Of a stretch of DNA of 31,321 bases, positions 17,099-23,694 are shown piece after piece. The notes beneath the pieces are model-generated. The model was not told the origin of the DNA and did not search any database. It worked only from the letters and a program-made list of their open reading frames with translations. The position numbers were made by a program, and so were the translations under genes. This stretch comes from a virus (Duplodnaviria; Caudoviricetes): positions 1 to 31,321 of IMG/VR virus record IMGVR_UViG_3300046786_000073. One strand, 5' to 3'. Position 1 is the stretch's first letter, and every line of letters begins with the position of its first letter.

Positions 17099-17506
17099 TT
17101 AAAATGGCACGTCCGATGTGTCATCATCCTCAAGCTGTGGCAAACCTTCATACTTTATAGGTTTGTCTTTACTCTCTGGACGCTTCAGGATTGTCATCTC
17201 GTTACAGATGATTGTGGTAGCGTTGACTTCCACTCCACTTTTGTTGACGTATTTCTCGTATTTTATTGTTCCCTCCACATAGATCAAAGAGCCTTTCTTA
17301 ACGTACTCTCCAACAATCTCAGCGAGTTTGTCAAAGAACGTGAGTCGATGCCATTCGGTGGTTTCAATCATCTCGCCAGACTTGTCTTTACGGCGTGATG
17401 AGGTTGCCAGTGTTGCGTTGGCTACTGGCTTACCTGCCGCGCTGAATCGCACTTCAGGGTCTTTTCCTACGTTACCAACTAGATGAACTTTACAGACGCT
17501 TGCCAT
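17099..17506 (-). CDS. ssb: Single-stranded DNA-binding protein
   Basis: KVHLVGNVGKDPEVR, TEWHR and YVKKGSLIYVEG motifs; acidic DVPF tail. Confidence 0.96.
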   Translation of the reverse strand: MASVCKVHLVGNVGKDPEVRFSAAGKPVANATLATSSRRKDKSGEMIETTEWHRLTFFDKLAEIVGEYVKKGSLIYVEGTIKYEKYVNKSGVEVNATTIICNEMTILKRPESKDKPIKYEGLPQLEDDDTSDVPF

Positions 17507-18137
17507 TTTTTTCCTTAATTTCGTTCAGTTTTTGAATCATACTTTCCAAGTCTTTTAAGAATGTCCTAACCTCATCCTCCATCTTTTGAATAAGCTCATC
17601 ATTTCTTTCTAACCTCTTGACGAACAGTTGTAGTCCTTCTGGAGCGCGATCATCGAAGCAAACGTAATCACACCACTGGCGTCCGGTACAAGCCATTTGC
17701 CACATCATCTGAGCCTGATGGTCTGGGTCTATCTTGTCGTTCAGAATCGAATCCAGGTGATTGTGAATCTCTTTACACTTGATCTCAATGAGTCCGTGTT
17801 CTCCCACGAAACCATCAGGTGAGCATCCCGCCATCGGAATAGTCGGATGCTCGACCCAAGCGACTTGTTCGACTGAGGTGAGGTTTTCTGCTTCGTAGAC
17901 TGCTCTGGCGACTGGTTCAATTTCTGTACCTCTTTGCATTGCGGCTGTGGTGAAAAACTCTGTGGGTTGTCCAGTCATTCGTTCGCAAAGAAGTTGAGCC
18001 ATGTACTTAGCCCGACTTGCTGATGCGCCTGATTTTGTTTTAGCCAACAGGTCTGCCATGCGAGAAGCTGAGACTTTGCCCAGACGCAATTCTTTCCATG
18101 CTTCCGAACCTTGTGAAATTTCATGCAAATTCTCCAT
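17490..18137 (-). CDS. YqaJ-like (lambda exonuclease family) recombination exonuclease
   Basis: QGSEAW..LRLG..SAS, MQRG.E.EP.AR, CSPDG, IEIKC and Q..WQM.CTGR.WCD motifs. Confidence 0.92.
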   Translation of the reverse strand: MENLHEISQGSEAWKELRLGKVSASRMADLLAKTKSGASASRAKYMAQLLCERMTGQPTEFFTTAAMQRGTEIEPVARAVYEAENLTSVEQVAWVEHPTIPMAGCSPDGFVGEHGLIEIKCKEIHNHLDSILNDKIDPDHQAQMMWQMACTGRQWCDYVCFDDRAPEGLQLFVKRLERNDELIQKMEDEVRTFLKDLESMIQKLNEIKEKNGKRL

Positions 18138-18612
18138 AAAGCTCCTTCCTTTTGATTTGATAAATACTTTGTGCTTGTTCTACTGTTTTAAAAATTCCAA
18201 GATGCAATAGTTTTCCTTTAAAAGAAATTCTTGCTTGATATTTTCCATATTTTGTATTTCTAACTCCCATTGGCAAATTTGTTTTTCTTTTTCTTTTTTT
18301 ATGATTCCATGCGTTTTCAATTACAGTCGCTTCTCTAAGATTTTCAATTCTGTCATCTAGAGAATCTCCATTTATATGGTCAACGCATGGGCTTGGAAAT
18401 TTTCCATAAACATAAAGAAACATCAATCGACCACGCTTATATCTTTTATTGTTTATTTTTATATTCCAATAATTTTTTCCATTTGCAGGTGATGCACAAC
18501 CAGCCTCCATTCCATTGATCTGGTTGTGATATTTTGATACGTTTTTCCAAAAGAATTTTCCTTCGTTTGGATACACATCAAACAGGTTGATAAGATCATT
18601 TTTTGTAATCAT
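18121..18612 (-). CDS. HNH-AP2 free-standing homing-type endonuclease #3
   Basis: VDHINGDSLDDRIENLRE and LPMGV...YQARI...LG.F AP2; AT-rich; inserted between erf and yqaJ. Confidence 0.88.
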   Translation of the reverse strand: MITKNDLINLFDVYPNEGKFFWKNVSKYHNQINGMEAGCASPANGKNYWNIKINNKRYKRGRLMFLYVYGKFPSPCVDHINGDSLDDRIENLREATVIENAWNHKKRKRKTNLPMGVRNTKYGKYQARISFKGKLLHLGIFKTVEQAQSIYQIKRKELYGEFA

Positions 18613-18618
18613 GATCTT

Positions 18619-18647
18619 ATCGTATCACACAAATAGCCCTTGTTCAA
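18619..18647 (-). promoter_or_regulatory. Putative promoter giving a leaderless HNH #3 mRNA
   Basis: TTGAAC-17 bp-TACGAT with TGn; ATG 7 nt after the -10; no SD. Confidence 0.5.
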
Positions 18648-19225
18648 TCATTTGCAAGTGCTCCTACCAAAACCTTCTCTTGTTCTGCTGTCAGCGCAAA
18701 GGTGTCTCTCAACTTGTCTGTGGTGTACGCGCCTTCTTTGATCTTCTGGATTGCTTGAGTTAGGCGACTGTTTTCGATTGAAGGTTTCTTTCTGGCGACT
18801 TCATGCGTATGTGCGTCTGCATCGTTATCACCTTCTGTGGGGATTGCAAACGTCTGAAACGCCATGTATTTATAGGCTGCTGACATGGCTTTGTTGGTTG
18901 CCTTGTCTCCGCTATCCATCGCTTCGCCAAACGTCCTAGCGGTGTGTTTAGAGCCATCCTCTGCGGATACCAGATCAAACTCTGCCTCTACTGTGACATA
19001 GAACAAAGCTCCACCGGATTTCGAGGTACGTTCTTCACAAGTCCTGCCCAACATTCTTGGAACGATCACTAGACCATTCTGAGCCATGATTGATGACAGG
19101 ACGTTGTAGACAGCGTCAATGCCTCGGAACTTGTATCCAGCGCCTTGTGTGTTTGTTGAGGATTTTGCGATGCCAATTTTGCAGAGTTCTGCTTGGACTG
19201 CATTGATTGCTTGATAGACTTTCAT
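18644..19225 (-). CDS. erf: ERF-family single-strand annealing protein
   Basis: GYKFRGID.V, GEAMDSGDKATNKAMSAAYKY and IPTEGD.DAD motifs. Confidence 0.88.
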   Translation of the reverse strand: MKVYQAINAVQAELCKIGIAKSSTNTQGAGYKFRGIDAVYNVLSSIMAQNGLVIVPRMLGRTCEERTSKSGGALFYVTVEAEFDLVSAEDGSKHTARTFGEAMDSGDKATNKAMSAAYKYMAFQTFAIPTEGDNDADAHTHEVARKKPSIENSRLTQAIQKIKEGAYTTDKLRDTFALTAEQEKVLVGALAND

Positions 19226-19234
19226 TACTACTCC

Positions 19235-19438
19235 TTAGGTTAAATTATCAATCTGTTTCTTCAATGCTGTTACTTCAGCTTTGTGATCTTCAGATTGATA
19301 TTGCATGATATTACAAATTTCACGGATTTTTGACTCCAACATTCCTACGCGATAGGCAAGACGATCTACCGCCTCACCATCTCGAAAATGAATGTCTGAA
19401 ATTTGTTTGATTGAGTTAATAAGATATTCTGGATTCAT
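19235..19438 (-). CDS. Hypothetical coiled-coil protein
   Basis: Start re-called at MNPEYL (ATGA coupling, GGAG RBS); RLAYRVGMLESKIRE. Confidence 0.7.
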   Translation of the reverse strand: MNPEYLINSIKQISDIHFRDGEAVDRLAYRVGMLESKIREICNIMQYQSEDHKAEVTALKKQIDNLT

Positions 19439-19587
19439 TTTGTTCTCCACATATTTAGCCAAAGCCATTTGTTACCCAAGAGACGCACAGAACGAACCCA
19501 AGCGCGTTGATTGTGTCTGTTCTGCTCCTTGGGTATGTAGTCAACATTAAAGAGCCTACGGACTGTTTTAAGGGCTTGTGTGTTCAT
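19435..19587 (-). CDS. Hypothetical early protein (50 aa)
   Basis: Not in the ORF track; MNTQALKTVRRLFNVDYIPKEQNRHNQRAWVRSVRLLGNKWL...; GGAGG RBS. Confidence 0.7.
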   Translation of the reverse strand: MNTQALKTVRRLFNVDYIPKEQNRHNQRAWVRSVRLLGNKWLWLNMWRTK

Positions 19588-19664
19588 TAGCCCCTCCATG
19601 CCAACATCACGCCAATGGCGATCATGGTCAAGATGGTTACGATTGCTGAGATTGTTTCTTTCAT
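19587..19664 (-). CDS. 25-aa single-TM early peptide
   Basis: MKETISAIVTILTMIAIGVMLAWRG; AAGGAG RBS; TAATG coupling to the next gene. Confidence 0.7.
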   Translation of the reverse strand: MKETISAIVTILTMIAIGVMLAWRG

Positions 19665-19676
19665 TTGCTACTCCTT

Positions 19677-19775
19677 GTTAACCTGTTAAGGTGAGAGAAT
19701 CTTAACGCACAACTTAACAGATTGTCTAGGGGTTTATACTAATCCTTAGCAAATTGTTAAGGTTACAATGTTAAG
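19677..19775. promoter_or_regulatory. Divergent early promoters with operator-like GTTAAG/CTTAAC repeats
   Basis: Leftward TAGACA-18-TAAGAT (19699-19728); rightward -10 TACAAT (19764-69); about 7 half-sites including the near-palindrome CCTTAGCAAATTGTTAAGG (19744-62). Confidence 0.7.
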
Positions 19776-19858
19776 GCTGGTCAGAAACAGGGTTAGCGCC
19801 TGGTGGATCAATGTATCGAGTGCAACGCCCACAACTCTGCTTTATGAGGCTGACCAGC
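19776..19858 (+). ncRNA. Cloverleaf-like structured leader upstream of cro
   Basis: 9-bp closing stem GCTGGTCAG/CTGACCAGC enclosing three short hairpins; begins at the predicted +1. Confidence 0.5.
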
Positions 19859-19872
19859 ATTTAAGGAAAACC

Positions 19873-20091
19873 ATGAATTTACAAAAAGCCATTGAAATCG
19901 CTGGATCAAAGAGTAAACTTGCGACCCTTCTCGGAGTGTCTCGCGCTGCTGTTACTCAGTGGGACGAACTTCCTGAGAAGCGTATTAACCAGCTCAAAGG
20001 TATCAACGAATGGCAAACGCATTTCAGTGGCGAACAGGACAAAGCTCAATCGCAGTCGATCTCCAGCGTCAGCGAGACAAGTCCACAATGA
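19873..20091 (+). CDS. cro: Cro-like (YdaS-type) HTH repressor
   Basis: Start re-called at MNLQKAIEIAGSKSKLATLLGVSRAAVTQW..LP..R; TAAGGA RBS. Confidence 0.88.
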   Translation: MNLQKAIEIAGSKSKLATLLGVSRAAVTQWDELPEKRINQLKGINEWQTHFSGEQDKAQSQSISSVSETSPQ

Positions 20092-20201
20092 CGAGTGTTC
20101 GCAAGGACGATCCGAACAAAGAAGAAACAGTCACCAAGTTCAGAAAGTCAATCGTAATTCTCCCCAGTGTTCACCGTTTACCAAGCAAGGCAAAGATATG
20201 A
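20010..20201 (+). CDS. Hypothetical protein overlapping the cro 3' end
   Basis: AAAGGT RBS; ATGA-coupled to the next gene. Confidence 0.5.
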   Translation: MANAFQWRTGQSSIAVDLQRQRDKSTMTSVRKDDPNKEETVTKFRKSIVILPSVHRLPSKAKI

Positions 20202-20344
20202 AAAAACTCATCGCGGTTTACTTAGCAGTCCTGGCGTCAACAGCATGGGCTTGCACCACTCACACGGTTGTCTCCGGTGGTCGGATCGTCACTTGCACGA
20301 CCTGCTGTTTTGCCGTAGGAAATTGCACAACAACTTGTTTTTGA
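20198..20344 (+). CDS. Secreted six-cysteine peptide (48 aa)
   Basis: MKKLIAVYLAVLASTAWA signal peptide followed by CTTHTVVSGGRIVTCTTCCFAVGNCTTTCF. Confidence 0.75.
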   Translation: MKKLIAVYLAVLASTAWACTTHTVVSGGRIVTCTTCCFAVGNCTTTCF

Positions 20345-20455
20345 TATAGAATGTTTTGAAACACGGCTAGGTCTGAAGTCATGAGCAGACCGAAAAGGGT
20401 TACACCTTCCCCTGCCGATTGTTTCTTCTAAAGGTGGTAAAAAAGGTGAAAGTCA
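20323..20455 (+). promoter_or_regulatory. Promoter and structured, pseudoknot-capable 5' leader of the replication initiator
   Basis: TTGCAC-18-TAGAAT; three-way junction 20358-20425; loop CACCTT complementary to AAGGTG at 20431 and 20443. Confidence 0.65.
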
Positions 20456-21250
20456 ATGCACTACTACAAGAGAAATCTTGGTGACTATGCCAAGAAAGCA
20501 GGCCGTCTGACAATGCTCCAGCACGGAGCGTACACGCTTCTTATAGATTCGTGTTATGACAGAGAAGTATTCCCAACACTAGAACAAGCACTTGAATGGA
20601 CTTGGGCCTCAACTGAGGCTGAAGTTGATGCTGTCAAATTTGTTCTCAATAGATTCTTTGTGTTAGATAAAGATGGCTGTTATGTGCAAGATAGGATTCT
20701 TGAAGAACTTTTGCACTATCACAAAAATGCAGACACAAACAAACGAATCGCTGAAGAAAGAGAAGCGAAGCGTAGAGAAAAACGCACGAACCGTGCACAA
20801 GACGTAAACGAAGCTCCACCTAACCATAAACCACTAACCACTAACCAAGAACCACTAACCAAGAACCATATTAAGAAAGCAACTGTCGTTGCAACGCCTG
20901 ACGGCGTTTCTGAAATAGTTTGGAAAGAGTTTGTTAACCACAGGAAATCTAAGAAAGCACAGATCACTCAAACCGTGATTAACGAAATTGCCAAACAAGC
21001 AAACATGGCAGGATGGACACTTGAGGACGCATTGAAGGAAACGATTGTCAGAAACTGGCAATCATTCAAAGCTGATTGGGTTGCATCCAAAACAACATTT
21101 GCCCAACAAGCTGCCGACATAGCAAGAACAACAGTCCCTGGAAAACAAGAGCGTGATCCTGCCTTGGTTAAGTTAGATCAAGATAAGTTGATAACGAAAC
21201 CGCCATCGCTTGAGACTTTGCAGAAGATAGCTATGCTGAGGACAAAATGA
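20456..21250 (+). CDS. Replication initiator, DUF1376/YdaU N-terminal domain (lambda O position)
   Basis: MHYY...GDY......L...QHGAY.LL.D..Y start; internal iterons; W.EF..HRK.KKA..T and NWQSFKADW C-terminal domain. Confidence 0.85.
   Translation: MHYYKRNLGDYAKKAGRLTMLQHGAYTLLIDSCYDREVFPTLEQALEWTWASTEAEVDAVKFVLNRFFVLDKDGCYVQDRILEELLHYHKNADTNKRIAEEREAKRREKRTNRAQDVNEAPPNHKPLTTNQEPLTKNHIKKATVVATPDGVSEIVWKEFVNHRKSKKAQITQTVINEIAKQANMAGWTLEDALKETIVRNWQSFKADWVASKTTFAQQAADIARTTVPGKQERDPALVKLDQDKLITKPPSLETLQKIAMLRTK
20822..20870 (+). repeat. Seven tandem AACCANN heptamers: putative origin iterons
   Basis: AACCATA AACCACT AACCACT AACCAAG AACCACT AACCAAG AACCATA in the initiator linker. Confidence 0.75.
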
Positions 21251-21465
21251 CCAAGACTGAAGCCCATAATCTTTTAGACATGGTGAAAAATGGAATCCTC
21301 ATCGAAGCCCACCGGATCAGAAAAGCCCTCATCCTCACCGGAGACATTCCCAACGTACTTGGAAGACCTAGAAAACAGGTTGGTGGAGCACTACGCTCAG
21401 ATGGCAATCAATCACATCGAGCACTCTCGGTACATGGTGAAGATTTTTCAGAAAGACTTTCCTGA
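21247..21465 (+). CDS. Hypothetical protein
   Basis: ATGA coupling, GAGGA RBS; EAHNLLD...RKALILTGDI. Confidence 0.6.
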   Translation: MTKTEAHNLLDMVKNGILIEAHRIRKALILTGDIPNVLGRPRKQVGGALRSDGNQSHRALSVHGEDFSERLS

Positions 21466-21517
21466 CTTGGGAAAGAAAGTAGCGGAGAGATTAGATGAGA
21501 TACGCAGCAAGGGTTGA
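21290..21517 (+). CDS. Hypothetical protein (overlapping frame)
   Basis: Helical-looking C-terminal two-thirds; bridges to the next gene. Confidence 0.45.
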   Translation: MESSSKPTGSEKPSSSPETFPTYLEDLENRLVEHYAQMAINHIEHSRYMVKIFQKDFPDLGKKVAERLDEIRSKG

Positions 21518-21779
21518 TGCAAATCAGGATCAGATCGTGTCAGCACTCAGAGCCGCTGGCGCTTATGTCTGGATCATTGGTCTACCTGTTGACCTTTTGG
21601 TAGGGTACAAAGGACACACATTCTTGGTTGAAGTAAAGAATGGCTCTAAAAAGCGTTTAACGAAGCTACAAGCCGATTTCTTTGAGAATTGGTCTGGAGG
21701 TACATTGGTGAGAATTGATGGCGCAGAAGCCGCATTACGAATGATCGGAGTATTAAATGGCAGTTTACAAACTTCATAA
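21495..21779 (+). CDS. VRR-NUC / PD-(D/E)XK nuclease
   Basis: RVDANQ..IV.ALR, PVDLLVG, LVEVK and LT..Q..F...W motifs. Confidence 0.85.
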   Translation: MRYAARVDANQDQIVSALRAAGAYVWIIGLPVDLLVGYKGHTFLVEVKNGSKKRLTKLQADFFENWSGGTLVRIDGAEAALRMIGVLNGSLQTS

Positions 21780-22167
21780 CTACCCACAGGCTCACCAGAT
21801 GATCCTGGACTTGATGCCAAGAATAAAAGCTAGATTGCAGTCTGGAAATGTGTTAACCTTAACAATCACAGAGGACAACAGAAGCCTTGACCAGAACGCA
21901 ATGTTTCACGCTCTCATTGGGCAGATCGCTAAACAAGCGCAGCACATGGGGGCACATTGGGACACGGAAACCTGGAAACGATTGCTCTGCCATGAGTGGG
22001 CAAAAGAGACAGGAAGGCAAGCTGGAAAACTGGTAGCAAGTCTTGACGGAAAAGACATTGTTCAGTTGGGCATCCAGACAAGGAAGTTTAGTAAGCAAGA
22101 AGCAAGCGAATTCACAGAGTGGGTTTTAGCTTGGGGATCACAAAACGGAATCACTTTTAAGGAGTAG
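21757..22167 (+). CDS. ninB: NinB/Orf-family recombination protein
   Basis: RSLDQNA.FHA....IA.Q, WK.L and T..FSK.E.SEF.E...A.G...GI.F motifs. Confidence 0.88.
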   Translation: MAVYKLHNYPQAHQMILDLMPRIKARLQSGNVLTLTITEDNRSLDQNAMFHALIGQIAKQAQHMGAHWDTETWKRLLCHEWAKETGRQAGKLVASLDGKDIVQLGIQTRKFSKQEASEFTEWVLAWGSQNGITFKE

Positions 22168-22170
22168 TAA

Positions 22171-22605
22171 ATGAGCATAGAAGCAATGAAACAGGCGCTG
22201 GATTGTTTGCAGGCGGCTTACAACCTCCAGCAAATTGACGACCTGATCCCAGCACACGCGCCAGTGAAACAAGCTGTCGCAGATCTGCGGCAAGCCATAG
22301 AGCAGGCTGAGAAGCAAGTATGCGTGGGTTGCGAAGGAAATCCACAAGGCGAAAACATCCCTTGTGCTGTTTGTGGAGCCACCCTACAACCAAATGTAAC
22401 CGCCAACGACACGAAGCAAGAATGTGTCGCAAAACCGCAAGAAAAACGACATGAATGGGCGTGGATGCCAGCCCCGATCAAAACCCAATGGGGACACGAT
22501 ATGGTTGTGGCTGACCTTGCCATCGACAAAGACCACACTGTGTCCGTTTACTGCGAGAGAGATCAAACCGCAAGGGTTGAAGCAATGTTCAATCGAGGTT
22601 GCTAA
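22171..22605 (+). CDS. Mosaic hypothetical protein with CxxC...CxxC
   Basis: MSIEAMKQAL...LRQAIEQAE N-terminal module; CVGC...CAVC. Confidence 0.7.
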   Translation: MSIEAMKQALDCLQAAYNLQQIDDLIPAHAPVKQAVADLRQAIEQAEKQVCVGCEGNPQGENIPCAVCGATLQPNVTANDTKQECVAKPQEKRHEWAWMPAPIKTQWGHDMVVADLAIDKDHTVSVYCERDQTARVEAMFNRGC

Positions 22606-22859
22606 TGAGACACGGCATCGACTACAAGAAAGTTCACTACAAGGTTGGCGATAAGGTTCCGGTCTACCCGTTCTCTTGGCTTGGCGAGCCTTTTGTGGGT
22701 GTTGTTGAGAAGGTCAAGATGAATAAATTTGGCAGGGTGAGCTACGTCATCGGCAACAGAGAGGTTTTTGCTGAGGAGTTGTTGCCTGCGGTCGGTCAAC
22801 CAAAGTTAAAAATGAGAATCTCCAATGAGTGCTCACAAAATCTTATCCAACAAGGCTGA
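22605..22859 (+). CDS. Hypothetical protein (SH3/KOW-like)
   Basis: TAATG coupling, GAGG RBS; YKVGDKV....GVVEKV. Confidence 0.6.
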   Translation: MRHGIDYKKVHYKVGDKVPVYPFSWLGEPFVGVVEKVKMNKFGRVSYVIGNREVFAEELLPAVGQPKLKMRISNECSQNLIQQG

Positions 22860-23283
22860 AAGACGCCTGCAATGGTGGAAGCCAGAGGACGGTGCTTGGA
22901 TTGATATTGTGTCGCTAATTAACGCTTTTCCTGACATTTCAAGAAATATCTGGTTGGCATCTTTGATTGGGTCTAAGGTCGGTTGGGAGCAAAGCCAAGT
23001 TAAGAGATTGCCTCTTGAGGGTAGAAAATACCGAACCCGCACAGTGGTTTTGGTAAGAAGTCTCAGGGATTGGTTGCATCACTACAACCCAGGCAAAGAG
23101 GCAACCGTTAACAAACTGGTGGATGATCTTTTGACAGACTCAATGAGTTACCAGACCTACCTTAAAGACCTGAGAACTCAGACCAGACTTAAGAGTGGTG
23201 TTAAGCGAGAGAAAAAAGAAAAAGAAAAAACAGAGAAAATCGGAAAGATAACAAGCCGAGAGGTTTTTAACGTATGGGGTTGA
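22825..23283 (+). CDS. Hypothetical basic protein
   Basis: 152 aa ORF filling the gap; TGATG-coupled to the next gene. Confidence 0.6.
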   Translation: MSAHKILSNKAERRLQWWKPEDGAWIDIVSLINAFPDISRNIWLASLIGSKVGWEQSQVKRLPLEGRKYRTRTVVLVRSLRDWLHHYNPGKEATVNKLVDDLLTDSMSYQTYLKDLRTQTRLKSGVKREKKEKEKTEKIGKITSREVFNVWG

Positions 23284-23603
23284 TGTTTCCAAAAACTGAG
23301 TACATAAGAAGTCAAAAGCTACTCAAAGCAGTTGCATCGTTAAGGTGTATGCACTGCGGAACCAGTGAAGGCGTCCAGGCAAGTCACTCAAACTGGGCAG
23401 AACATGGAAAAGGACGCTCCCTGAAGGCAAGCGACATTTACACTGCTGCACTCTGCCTGAGGTGTCACTTTGAAATAGACCAAGGCAGAGACTTAACAAA
23501 AGACCAAAGGAAAGAAATGTGGGTTAACGCACATAAAAAGACCGTGGAGACTCTTGTTTTAAATCGGGAATGGCCCACTAGTATTCCCGTACCAAAGGTG
23601 TAA
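23283..23603 (+). CDS. DUF968/DUF1364-like Zn-binding putative nuclease
   Basis: IRS..LL..V..L.C..CG, QASHSN....GKG...KASD and LC..CH..ID motifs. Confidence 0.8.
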   Translation: MFPKTEYIRSQKLLKAVASLRCMHCGTSEGVQASHSNWAEHGKGRSLKASDIYTAALCLRCHFEIDQGRDLTKDQRKEMWVNAHKKTVETLVLNREWPTSIPVPKV

Positions 23604-23683
23604 AATCGACATGACTGGGACGCCCGAGTTCTCCTCTCACGCAGTTGCCTTCCCCAGTTGGGGGATGCGTCCCCCTTCTTTTT
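23601..23683 (+). terminator. Putative late promoter -10 with short leader and terminator (pR'-tR'-like)
   Basis: TAAAAT 23601-06; GGGGGA-TGCG-TCCCCC-TTCTTTTT 23660-83. Confidence 0.7.
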
Positions 23684-23694
23684 GAAAGGTTTAT

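Noticed and set aside
19776-19858. tRNA, or hairpin/pistol/twister-type ribozyme
   Set aside because: No T-loop, CCA or proper arm lengths; AGAAACA and GTTAG fragments are present but their required partner motifs are missing
19768-19872. Long N-terminal extension of Cro
   Set aside because: Overlaps the promoter and structured leader; good RBS at 19873
20370-20400. Hammerhead ribozyme (CTGA...GAAA)
   Set aside because: CUGANGA core and stem arrangement do not fit
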